NCBI RefSeq assembly: GCF_000039765.1
Contig: NC_004460.2
Location: 450,001-482,000 of the forward strand
DNA length: 32,000 bases
Origin: Vibrio vulnificus CMCP6
Lineage (GTDB): Bacteria > Pseudomonadota > Gammaproteobacteria > Enterobacterales > Vibrionaceae
Direction of reading: 5' to 3'
Numbering within the stretch: the stretch's first letter is position 1; each line of letters opens with the position of its first letter. Positions 7,901 through 16,681 of this stretch are shown in pieces. A program made the translations under genes and the position numbers. The notes below the pieces were generated by a model that was not told where the DNA came from, made no database searches, and saw only the letters and a program-made list of their open reading frames with translations.

Positions 7901-9340
7901 ACCTGTTGTGGCTCCACTGGAATGACGCTCTTTTGTTTTCTGACCATACGCATTGTATTGGTAGCACACCGTCTCACCGCTGGGTTGTATCGCGCGCACG
8001 AGTCGTCCGTTGTCATCGTATTCCCAGCGCCACTCACGCCCTTCTGGGCTGCGTTTTGAGCTTAGTTTGCCATGGGCATTGTGTTCAAATGACCATTGAT
8101 GGCCCAAGGTATCGCGATAACTTGACGTTTCATCTTGGTAGTGAAATTGATAATCGTAAGTGCCGTCATCGCCATAATTACGAAGACATTTGGCTTCCGG
8201 CCCTTCTGCTGACCACTCAAAATAGTGACTAAATCCCGACTGACGCTGCCTTCTTTTGAGCAAATGACTCTCTGAGTAGAAGTAGCTTTCTGTTTGACCA
8301 TGCTGATTGGTTGCCGCCGTTAAATTGTCTTGCGCGTCATATTGATAGCTCGCCAACACCTTCCCGGAATCGGGGAGCCGGACTTCAACCAGATGGCCTC
8401 TTCGATCATATTGAAGCTCTGCACAGTGCTGTTTGTTGTAGCGAATGCCTACCAAACGCTGTTTTGAGGAATAATCCAGATCAATTAAATCAATGGCTGT
8501 CGTTCTGATTTGTTTAATTAACCAAGTTTCATTCTTCCGTTCAAACTTGTACTGGGTACCATTCGCTAACGTGACCAGCAAATAACCATTTTCGTGATGG
8601 AAGCAACTTGCTCCTACGTAAGTTTGGTAACTCACCGCACCTTGGTTCACGACAGGAAACGCAATGACGTCGCCCATCTCATCGCAAAAATGCCAACCCG
8701 TAAGCTCTCCTTTTTCAGAGTGTACTTCGTGGATTTGATAGTCGAAGCAATGTCGCCAACCATGCCCTAAGCCAGTGTCTAAAAGACAAAACGAGGAACG
8801 ATAGGTGCGAGAAAAACTCAATCGATGGTGAAGTGTTAAGTCACACAGTGTTAGGATTTCTTCACCCGTCACCATAGAAACCGGATCGCCGGCTTTTTCA
8901 TGATGTTTACTGCTTTCGGCTTGCGCTTCGTCGCAAGTTTTATCATCACTGGTTTGGCTCTCTGTTTTCCCATCTGACGCGGGTTTTGACTCTTGGTCTT
9001 GAGGTGGTGGTGTTAAAATCGTTGGTTTTAATGATGCTGGCGTCACGCTTTCAAACTGAACGACATGCAGCCTTCTTGCTGCCAGTGCCGCACTCAGTGA
9101 CGCAACGTAATCTTCGAAGACTTTTTCATCGCGAAAGGGACTTTGGGGTATATTATCTCCCAACCAACCGCTTACCTCGGCGATGTCTTCTAACGAAGCA
9201 AGCTTAAATTTTTCGACAAACTGTTGAGCAACCAACTCTGTCGAGAAGTGCAGTGTCTTCCCTTCAGCGATTGGCTGGTCTGAGAAATAGTGTAACGATC
9301 CATCGTAGGCAGAGATTTTGACTATCCGTTGTCCATTCAT
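4907..9340 (-). CDS. Rhs-family T6SS effector with polymorphic C-terminal toxin (putative nucleotidyltransferase)
   Basis: 1477 aa with many YD/RHS repeats, core terminus [27 protein letters not shown], a linker, then a variable CT. It lies downstream of hcp, vgrG and PAAR. The CT contains [23 protein letters not shown]. Confidence 0.95.
   Translation of the reverse strand: [1477 protein letters not shown]
5880..6205 (-). repeat. Rhs core-end segment duplicated at 1..326
   Basis: Near-identical direct copy at offset 5879. It covers the DPxGL core boundary and the start of the linker. Confidence 0.9.
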
Positions 9341-10249
9341 TTACTTATCTTCCGAACGACTGCTCCAACGATACAAAATACCCACAGCTAACCCCTGCTC
9401 TTCAGCATCAATCTGTAAGACATGAAAGGGTTTCTGTGGATCTTGCAACTGTTTTTGATAGGCATGAAGCGCCTTATATAACCCGGTTCCAGCACCGAGT
9501 TGCCCCACCAATGTGCTGGAGAAAAAATAGCCTGTGTTTTCTGTTACCCAAGGCGAAAAACGGTGTAGTTGGGAATGCCAAATAGGCATATCAGCACCGT
9601 CTAGAGGTAACATGAGTTCCGTTAATTCTCTTTGACACATTTGAGACAACGACGCCATCACTCTGGGAATGCCACTTTCATAGTGGCTGGAATAACGGTC
9701 AAACTGAACTTTCGATGGTTCTAGACCGTATGTAGAGCGTGCAATATGCACCAAGAGTAATGAGTCAGTTTTTATGTCTTCAAAAAGTTGATATTCACTG
9801 CCTACACAAAATAGAGACGAAGTATCCACAGACAGCACCCAGCACTCATGGCGCTCAAGACAATGCATGACACGCTCGAAGGCAACCAAAAAAGAGGCAT
9901 TCCCATAGGGGTAACAAAATATAGAACGCTGACCGCTAGGCGTGTCACCCAGTACCTCGTTGAGTTTCTTCACCAGCTTCAGTACCTCATCTTGTGTCGC
10001 TAGTTCAGGCAGCAAGAAGAAAATCGTCGCTTGTTTCGGGATCCTAGAAATGTCTACTGAATAATGCGCAATCAGCTCCTCCAAACGAACCAATAGAGAC
10101 GCTGATTGATGTGCGAATGTTTTATAGCTATTTCCAGAATAAAACAGATCATCGCACCATTGAGGTGGCTCAATCGTTCCTAAATTATCTTGAGTCGCCA
10201 GATTGTGAGAGCCAACATAAACAGCGTGTGGATTAAGTTCGAGCGCCAT
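9341..10249 (-). CDS. T6SS effector-associated protein, possible thiolase/ketosynthase-like fold (adaptor or chaperone candidate)
   Basis: 302 aa, tightly packed between the PAAR and Rhs genes. Segments such as SLLVRLEELIAHYSVD, SIFCYPYGNASFLVAFERVMHCLERHECWVLSVDTSS and LVGQLGAGTGLYKALHAYQKQL resemble ketosynthase-fold motifs. Confidence 0.5.
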   Translation of the reverse strand: MALELNPHAVYVGSHNLATQDNLGTIEPPQWCDDLFYSGNSYKTFAHQSASLLVRLEELIAHYSVDISRIPKQATIFFLLPELATQDEVLKLVKKLNEVLGDTPSGQRSIFCYPYGNASFLVAFERVMHCLERHECWVLSVDTSSLFCVGSEYQLFEDIKTDSLLLVHIARSTYGLEPSKVQFDRYSSHYESGIPRVMASLSQMCQRELTELMLPLDGADMPIWHSQLHRFSPWVTENTGYFFSSTLVGQLGAGTGLYKALHAYQKQLQDPQKPFHVLQIDAEEQGLAVGILYRWSSRSEDK

Positions 10250-10540
10250 CTAATCTCCAATCAACACGGTAGGTACGCCAACCAATATTTTGCCACCGTG
10301 AGAAGTGCTATCACCCATCCGAGCGGCTGGCTTGCCGTTAATTTTTACTGACGATGAACCGCTTGAAATACTGTCGGGAGGGCCAACACATATCAGCTTG
10401 TCTCCTTCTCTCGCGGCAGGTATACCTCCTATTTTCACATTCGGCGAGCCCGTGACGACAGGGCCTCCAACATGGGGAATCTTCCCGGTCTTTTTCGGAC
10501 AGACGTGAAAACAACCAATGACAGATGCAGGTTTACCCAT
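10250..10540 (-). CDS. PAAR-domain spike-tip protein
   Basis: 96 aa: MGKPASVIGCFHVCP...HVGGPVVTGSPNVKIGGIPAAREGDKLICVGPPDSISSGSSSVKINGKPAARMGDSTSHGGKILVGVPTVLIGD, a typical PAAR protein. Confidence 0.9.
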   Translation of the reverse strand: MGKPASVIGCFHVCPKKTGKIPHVGGPVVTGSPNVKIGGIPAAREGDKLICVGPPDSISSGSSSVKINGKPAARMGDSTSHGGKILVGVPTVLIGD

Positions 10541-10549
10541 GTGTTCTTC

Positions 10550-12385
10550 CTAGTTCAGTGAAATCTGGCCAGCTTTTAAGGCAATCGAGGCACCATTAAT
10601 GGCTATTTTGTTGCCTTTAATATTGATCTCCCCCGAACTCGACATCTGAATCGAAGCGCCGCCCACTTTAATTTCAATGCTTTTGCCTGCGGTCAGAGAA
10701 AGGACTTCGCCAATATCGAGTGAATAGTTTTTCCCAATCTTCCCAGAGACGTTTTGTCCAACCTCCTCCGTTAGGTTGTTGGTAATTTTCTGGGTCTTAT
10801 TGTTTTCAACTAGGACATCAGCGGAATCTTCGACGACCATTTGGAAGTTCTTTTCCGCATGAAGATAGACATGTTCCTCACCCGGTTTATCTTCAAAGCG
10901 TAACTCGTTGAAGTTACTCGCCCCTTTTTCTACAGACTGGCTACGGTAACCACTTTGGGTTTTCTTCTCTGGCAACGAAAAAGGTGGCGCTTGCGTCCCA
11001 TTGTAAAGAGACCCTGTCACCACTGGCTGATCCGGATCCCCATTGATAAATTCAACGATGACCTCTTGCCCTACTCTTGGCAGAAATGAGCTTCCCCAGC
11101 CATTCCCTGCAATTTGTTGTGCGACACGTATCCAGCACGAACTCGTCGTATCAAACTTACCTTCACGATCCCAGTGAAATTGAACTTTTATCCGCCCATA
11201 TTTGTCGACGTAGATTTCACCTTGCTTATTACCTGTCACAACCGCAGTTTGGATTCCGCGAATAACTGGCCTCACAAAGTTAACCGCCGGACGATGCACT
11301 TTCCCTGACTCAATGCAGGTAAAATAACTCCTAACACCTTGATTTGAAGGGCCACCATGACCTACTTGGTTGAAAACAGCTGCGTTGATAACAATCGATG
11401 AGAGCACGAACTCTTTGCCGATTCGGCTAGGGTCTTCATGCTTACCAAATTTGAAACTTCTGCCGACCGCAAAGGAGCGGCAACTCGACTCTCCAGAACA
11501 AACGTATGCGTTTTGCTGTAATGATTCGATCGTGTGGGTATTTCTCGTTTTGTACTGATCACCCGACTCCGCTTCACCCAGATATTCATAATGCTCGCTG
11601 CTCGGAACGGTAAATAAGGATTCGCTCCCTTTTGCCGTATTGTTAGGATGTGAAGCTGGCTTTTTCATATCATAGCCACTTTTGTGACTGCGCGTGATCA
11701 CCATCGATTGAGCTTCATGCCACGAAGAGATATGACCCAACTCTGCGGTACCTGAATTGAAATCAATTAAAAATTCAGCACCTGGCTTGTAATAGCTGGC
11801 ATCATCAAATATCTCGATCACATGTGAAGATTTAGTATGGCTGAAACAGAACGACAGCCCTTCCTCAGATAAGAGTCTTTTAACAAACTGTAGATCCGAT
11901 TCTTCGTACTGAACTTTGTAGTTATACTTGGCATAGCTTTTGGTCAGAGAAAAAGAAAAGTCGACGCCATGCTCACCAAGAATTAATGAAATGATTTCTT
12001 TTATATCTTTATTTTGAAAGATTCGGCTGTTGATTTTGTAGTCCGCAAAATTCAATTTTGGCACAACAACAAGCTCAATGTTTTTGTAGTTTTCACCATC
12101 TTCAAATTTGGTCACTCGGCTTCCTGCTAGTGTTGCCTTTGCAACAAACCCATGGAAGTATCTCGGTTCCAACATGACTTGGCTATTATTATCCATTTTG
12201 ATAATAACTGGCTGACCCACGATTTGATTCAGTTCGCCTTTTCGACCATTAAAATAAGCATAAACTCGCAATGAAAATAGCTCTGACATTTCTTCTCTAT
12301 ATTCAAAGGAATTGAGAATAATCGCATCTTTCCCATAAGGCGTGGAAATATTTATAAATTTATTATCTTGAGTCGCTTTTTTCAT
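10550..12385 (-). CDS. vgrG: VgrG (TssI) spike protein
   Basis: VgrG features: SGKIGKNYSLDIGEVLSLTAGKSIEIKVGGASIQM, GRIKVQFHWDREGKFDTTSSCWIRVAQQIAGNGWGSSFLPRVGQEVIVEFINGDPDQPVVTGSLYN. The supplied ORF begins at a TTG (12406); the ATG at 12385 has an upstream AAGAAG and is the better start. Confidence 0.95.
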   Translation of the reverse strand: MKKATQDNKFINISTPYGKDAIILNSFEYREEMSELFSLRVYAYFNGRKGELNQIVGQPVIIKMDNNSQVMLEPRYFHGFVAKATLAGSRVTKFEDGENYKNIELVVVPKLNFADYKINSRIFQNKDIKEIISLILGEHGVDFSFSLTKSYAKYNYKVQYEESDLQFVKRLLSEEGLSFCFSHTKSSHVIEIFDDASYYKPGAEFLIDFNSGTAELGHISSWHEAQSMVITRSHKSGYDMKKPASHPNNTAKGSESLFTVPSSEHYEYLGEAESGDQYKTRNTHTIESLQQNAYVCSGESSCRSFAVGRSFKFGKHEDPSRIGKEFVLSSIVINAAVFNQVGHGGPSNQGVRSYFTCIESGKVHRPAVNFVRPVIRGIQTAVVTGNKQGEIYVDKYGRIKVQFHWDREGKFDTTSSCWIRVAQQIAGNGWGSSFLPRVGQEVIVEFINGDPDQPVVTGSLYNGTQAPPFSLPEKKTQSGYRSQSVEKGASNFNELRFEDKPGEEHVYLHAEKNFQMVVEDSADVLVENNKTQKITNNLTEEVGQNVSGKIGKNYSLDIGEVLSLTAGKSIEIKVGGASIQMSSSGEINIKGNKIAINGASIALKAGQISLN

Positions 12386-12410
12386 TACAAACTTCTTTAT
12401 AAACAAATAA

Positions 12411-12432
12411 GGAGGGCACTTTCGAACCCTCC
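12411..12432 (-). promoter_or_regulatory. hcp-vgrG intergenic stem-loop (possible attenuator or mRNA-stabilising element)
   Basis: Reverse strand GGAGGG-TTCGAAAGTG-CCCTCC followed by TTATTTGTTTAT, located between the hcp stop and the vgrG ATG. Confidence 0.4.
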
Positions 12433-12439
12433 AAATGAT

Positions 12440-12919
12440 TTACATTTGTTGACCTTTAACACCGCTGTAACCGTATACCAACGGAGCAGATGTGTTGTTT
12501 TTGTCATCAGTAGGCGTCACAGTCATCATCATCTCTGTGTAAGAGATGGTGATTGTTTCAATTGGACGGTCGTCTTGAATTGACACTGCATAGTTAGAAA
12601 TCATGGCATCCGTTAGTTGAATTTTCATGATTTCTTCGATTTTTTCACCCTGCTTAGTGATATGGAATACAGCGGGTTTACCCTTACCAATCGTGGCTTC
12701 TTTGAACAGATCTGGGGATGCTTTGTCTTGAAGTTTGGTAATGGTCATATCGTAAAGACGAGTAGAGCTTGCTTCACGATCCATTGCGGTACCAGTATAA
12801 GAAGAAATTTCACGACCTACACTCCAATCAACTGAAAGAAGAGTAATCATATCCTTGTACTGTTCTGCGGTAGCTTCACCTTTAATATCAGCATATTTCA
12901 GGTAGGTATTTGACTGCAT
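12440..12919 (-). CDS. hcp: Hcp (TssD) tube protein
   Basis: 159 aa, MQSNTYLKYADIKGEATAEQYKDMITLLSVDWSVGREISS...; Hcp-like and directly upstream of vgrG. Confidence 0.88.
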   Translation of the reverse strand: MQSNTYLKYADIKGEATAEQYKDMITLLSVDWSVGREISSYTGTAMDREASSTRLYDMTITKLQDKASPDLFKEATIGKGKPAVFHITKQGEKIEEIMKIQLTDAMISNYAVSIQDDRPIETITISYTEMMMTVTPTDDKNNTSAPLVYGYSGVKGQQM

Positions 12920-13134
12920 GCTAGTCTCCTATAGCATTTGATTAATAAAACTCAAAAAAGAGTCAGATTTTCTTACTAGAATAAGAACTTTAGAATTAAT
13001 AATAAATGTATTAAATAGGTAAAATTAAATACACACTTTTATAACTGAGATGCTCGCTATTTTGTAGTGAATAACGAACATCTGTTAAACATGTTAGATG
13101 CAATTCTCAATTAACTAAAAATCATAAAAAAGTA

Positions 13135-15699
13135 TTAGACGATTGAGATAGACAAGTCATCAACTTCACCTTCTATCTCAATTTTATTTATTCTTATATC
13201 ATTAAGAATGGCATTTAATACGGATTCAGATATTTTAGGCAGCACCTTATTTTCAATCACATTTTGAAGAGCACGCGCGCCACTGCCCGTTTCATTGCAG
13301 CTGTCAACAATACTATTAATTAAGCGATCGTTGATCACCGCTTCTGCTTTATAGTTTGTTTTTATCCTCTTCTGAATTTTGGAGAGTTTCAGCGCGGTGA
13401 TTTTCTCCAATACATCACGGTGCAAAGGGATATAAGGAATGACATTCACTCGACCTAAAAAAGCGGGCTTGAAATCCTGTAATAAATCATCTCGTAGCGC
13501 TTCTTTGAGTGCCTCCGGATCCGGAGCAAGCTCTGGATCTTGGAATAACTCCATTGTTGTTTCCGTCCCAGAGTTGGAAGTCATGATAATGATGGTGTTT
13601 TTGAAATCGATGTCTCGCCCTTCACCGTCTTTAATCATGCCCTTATCAAACACTTGATAGAAAATATCCTGTACACCCGGATGGGCTTTCTCCATTTCAT
13701 CAAGCAATATGACGCTGTAAGGTTTTCTTCTTACGGCTTCCGTTAGCACACCACCTTCGCCATACCCAACGTAGCCCGGAGGAGAGCCCAGCAGTAACGA
13801 GACTTTATGCTCTTCTTTAAATTCAGACATGTTAATGACGGTGATGTTTTCTTCACTACCATACACTTGCTCAGCAATGGCCAACGCAGATTCCGTTTTA
13901 CCGACACCACTTGGGCCTACCAAGAAAAAGATACCGTTAGGTTTTGATTCTTCATTGAGTTGTGCTCTCGCGGTTTTGATCACTTCCGCCATTTTACTCA
14001 ACGCGTGATCTTGGCCGACCACTCGCTCTTGCAGATGTTGCTGTAAGTCTAGAATCGCTTTTATTTCATCGCTTTTTAGTTTGCCTAATGGTATGCCTGT
14101 CCAGCCTGCAATAATTTCAGCAATTAGGGCTTCGTTAACATGCGAAAACACCAAAGGCATCGGGTTAGACGATAACTGCTGTTCAATGGATTGCAGCTGA
14201 TTGGCTTTCTCTGCAGATGGTTCTGCCAAAATGGAATCACGGAGCGCTTTGGCCTGCTTGACTGCGCCTTCTTCATCTCGCCACGTTGTCTCTAGTTGGT
14301 GAATTTCATTTTGAAGGAGCGACAACTTGCTCTCAAGTTCGTCAAGAGCTGTTTGATGAGAATGACCAAATGCAAGTTCATTGGTGAGCTGAAGCTGTTG
14401 AGCTTCTATCATTTGGCGTTTTTTGTATTTCTGATCAAGCAGCCCTGGTATCGAGTTTTGACTCAAAGCAACACGAGAGCACGCGGTATCTAAAACCGAT
14501 ACCGCCTTGTCTGGCAACTGACGGCCGCTAATGTAGCGAGAAGAAAGAAAGACGGCAGCCTTGAGTGCCTCGGTAGTAATGTGGACGCCATGATGTTTTT
14601 CCATGACAGGAACGAGGCCACGCAGCATCTCTATCGCCAATTCAGGTGAAGGTTCCTCTATTTTAACCACTTGAAAACGACGGGTCAGAGCTGCGTCTTT
14701 CTCTACATATTTTTTGTATTCAGCCCATGTGGTTGCGGCGATCGTGCGTAGCTCCCCCCTGGCTAAGGCGGGCTTAAGTATGTTCGCAGCATCACCTTGA
14801 CCAGCCTGCGCCCCTCCACCAATCAATCCATGCGCTTCATCGATAAACAGTACGATAGGCACCGCTGACTCTTTGACTTCTTTGACCACGTTCTTCAATC
14901 GATTTTCAAACTCGCCCTTCATACCAGCACCGGCCTGGAGTAGCGCCAAATCAAGCGATTTAATTCTCACTGCTTTAAGCGCGGGAGGCACATCCCCTTC
15001 AGCGATTTTTAGCGCAAGTCCTTCGACAACGGCGGTTTTACCTACCCCCGCCTCACCCGTCAGGATAGGGTTATTTTGACGGCGTCGCAGAAGAATATCC
15101 GTCATCAGACGAATTTCATCATCTCTGCCAATCACCGGATCAATTTGCCCCAACTCCGCTTGCTCTGTCAGATCTATCGTAAATTGATCCAACGCTTGTG
15201 TAGAAGCTCTGTGGTTGGGAATTTGATTAGCCATTTCAACATGAGTCTGTGCGTATTCGATTAGCGCACTAGGCTGAATTTTGCTTAGCTCTTTGCTCAC
15301 AGTCGAAGATAGAGCAAACAACGTGTCGTCAGAGAGGAAGGCATGAAGCAAATGAACAGCAGCAATTTTTTCTGCTTCAAACGCAATCGTCGCTGTCATC
15401 CATGCATTCTGTAGTATGGTGACCGTATGGGATGACAACCCCGGTACAGTTTGACAGCCCGTTTTGTACTTCTCTAATTGCAAAGTGAGATCCGTCTGCA
15501 ATTGGTTCAGATCAACCTTAAACGAGCGATACAGTTCGATTTCTTCAGGCCCAGCACTTTGCACTAGCGTAAGCAGCCAATGTGTCATTTCAATGCTGTG
15601 GTGAGTTCTTGAGCTCGCCAAAGCAGCGGCTTGCTCTAATGCTCTTTTCGCTTCAGGGGTTAACTTGTCAACTAACGCGGATAGTGAAAGAGATGCCAT
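13135..15699 (-). CDS. clpV: T6SS AAA+ ATPase ClpV (TssH)
   Basis: 854 aa with two AAA+ modules: GEAGVGKTAVVEG, LFIDEAHGLIG, GPSGVGKTESALAIAE, ILLDEMEKAHP. Confidence 0.96.
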   Translation of the reverse strand: MASLSLSALVDKLTPEAKRALEQAAALASSRTHHSIEMTHWLLTLVQSAGPEEIELYRSFKVDLNQLQTDLTLQLEKYKTGCQTVPGLSSHTVTILQNAWMTATIAFEAEKIAAVHLLHAFLSDDTLFALSSTVSKELSKIQPSALIEYAQTHVEMANQIPNHRASTQALDQFTIDLTEQAELGQIDPVIGRDDEIRLMTDILLRRRQNNPILTGEAGVGKTAVVEGLALKIAEGDVPPALKAVRIKSLDLALLQAGAGMKGEFENRLKNVVKEVKESAVPIVLFIDEAHGLIGGGAQAGQGDAANILKPALARGELRTIAATTWAEYKKYVEKDAALTRRFQVVKIEEPSPELAIEMLRGLVPVMEKHHGVHITTEALKAAVFLSSRYISGRQLPDKAVSVLDTACSRVALSQNSIPGLLDQKYKKRQMIEAQQLQLTNELAFGHSHQTALDELESKLSLLQNEIHQLETTWRDEEGAVKQAKALRDSILAEPSAEKANQLQSIEQQLSSNPMPLVFSHVNEALIAEIIAGWTGIPLGKLKSDEIKAILDLQQHLQERVVGQDHALSKMAEVIKTARAQLNEESKPNGIFFLVGPSGVGKTESALAIAEQVYGSEENITVINMSEFKEEHKVSLLLGSPPGYVGYGEGGVLTEAVRRKPYSVILLDEMEKAHPGVQDIFYQVFDKGMIKDGEGRDIDFKNTIIIMTSNSGTETTMELFQDPELAPDPEALKEALRDDLLQDFKPAFLGRVNVIPYIPLHRDVLEKITALKLSKIQKRIKTNYKAEAVINDRLINSIVDSCNETGSGARALQNVIENKVLPKISESVLNAILNDIRINKIEIEGEVDDLSISIV

Positions 15700-15712
15700 T
15701 CTTAAATCCTTT

Positions 15713-16681
15713 TTAAATTGTTATCGTTATTTGTTTATTTGCGTTCGATAGGCTCGGCATTAAGATACTGCCTTTGCCTAATCGACCTCTTCCTTTTGCT
15801 AAGTTAGCGCTAGGAAGTTGTGCTCTACGAGCGGTTAAAGTCCAACGAATACGCTTACTCGTCCCCAACATGCGGCACATCAAATGCTTGGTCTCACTCA
15901 ATCGTTCGGTGTGGAGCAACGCCGCCAATGAATCAGGGTCCTTTGCAATCAACTCGACATCAAATCCAGAACTCATGTTCCAGCTTTGCTTACCAAGCAT
16001 GGCCCCCAATCCCAGTTGTGCGTGCTGCCCTTCCGGCCTATCACGGCTGCAAAGGCGAGTTTGCTCTGCTTCACTAATGTCAAACCAGCGACCTTTGAAC
16101 TCATGCAAACACACATCACATCCGGTATAAAACTCAATGATGCTTTTGATGTATGCACGGCTTCGACGCTTTGACGTAAACATACCGCCAAAGAAAATCG
16201 CTTCATCGTCAAGGTTGCCAGTCAGAGAGGAGAGGACGGTCTGAATGGGCGACGCCGCTGATTTCTTATCTTGCGTTCGCAGTTGTGCGGGCAATTGGTA
16301 TGACTGCCAACACCGGTAGTAGAGAGAGAGCAGTCTGTGGTTAAAAATGTCGAAGAAATCCTTCATAGCCGTGTCATTTTCACGCGCCCTTTGCATAACC
16401 AGCTCGCTGTAATGACTCGGCAGTACCCCCTGCTCACCGGTTAAACCGATGATGTTGGTTTGTAAGGTTAATTTATTGCTCTGGCAATTTGGCACGACAT
16501 TTATCAGCTCTCGCGCCTCATAACCTAAACGTTGCGAGACTGTGAGCTGGATTTTTTCATTCTTTGGTAACGCATCAGAACCCAGATGACTATCTGCCTG
16601 CAGTAGATGAGTCTCGATCAAATGTATCGCGGTAAAGAGAGGTAGCGATTCAATCTCAGCGAGAAAATCTTCACTTTTCAT
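15713..16681 (-). CDS. tssG: T6SS baseplate protein TssG
   Basis: Immediately downstream of tssF. Contains DIFNHRLLSLYYRCWQSYQLP and GFDVELIAKDPDSLAAL-type TssG features. The likely start MKSEDF lies inside ORF 15713..16714. Confidence 0.9.
   Translation of the reverse strand: MKSEDFLAEIESLPLFTAIHLIETHLLQADSHLGSDALPKNEKIQLTVSQRLGYEARELINVVPNCQSNKLTLQTNIIGLTGEQGVLPSHYSELVMQRARENDTAMKDFFDIFNHRLLSLYYRCWQSYQLPAQLRTQDKKSAASPIQTVLSSLTGNLDDEAIFFGGMFTSKRRSRAYIKSIIEFYTGCDVCLHEFKGRWFDISEAEQTRLCSRDRPEGQHAQLGLGAMLGKQSWNMSSGFDVELIAKDPDSLAALLHTERLSETKHLMCRMLGTSKRIRWTLTARRAQLPSANLAKGRGRLGKGSILMPSLSNANKQITITI

Noticed and set aside
7588-8232. 214-aa plus-strand ORF opposite the Rhs core
   Set aside because: It lies fully antisense to the strongly supported Rhs coding frame and has no recognisable domain; a codon-bias shadow ORF. 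The same applies to 7256..7528, 5781..5975, 6016..6270 and other small ORFs in the Rhs gene.
4907-9340. CRISPR-like or tandem DNA repeats within the Rhs gene
   Set aside because: The repetitiveness is the degenerate protein-level YD/RHS repeats; there is no regular spacer-repeat structure at DNA level.
13079-13100. Imperfect inverted repeat CATCTGTTAAACATGTTAGATG downstream of clpV
   Set aside because: The arms are short and AT-rich without a clear T-tract, so this is not sufficient to call a terminator.
12920-13134. Possible sigma-54 promoter upstream of hcp
   Set aside because: I looked for a GG-N10-GC type -24/-12 element on the reverse strand and could not identify one. A promoter may exist in this gap, but I cannot define it.
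15774-16130. 118-aa plus-strand ORF opposite tssG
   Set aside because: Antisense to tssG, which is supported by synteny; no domain-like features.
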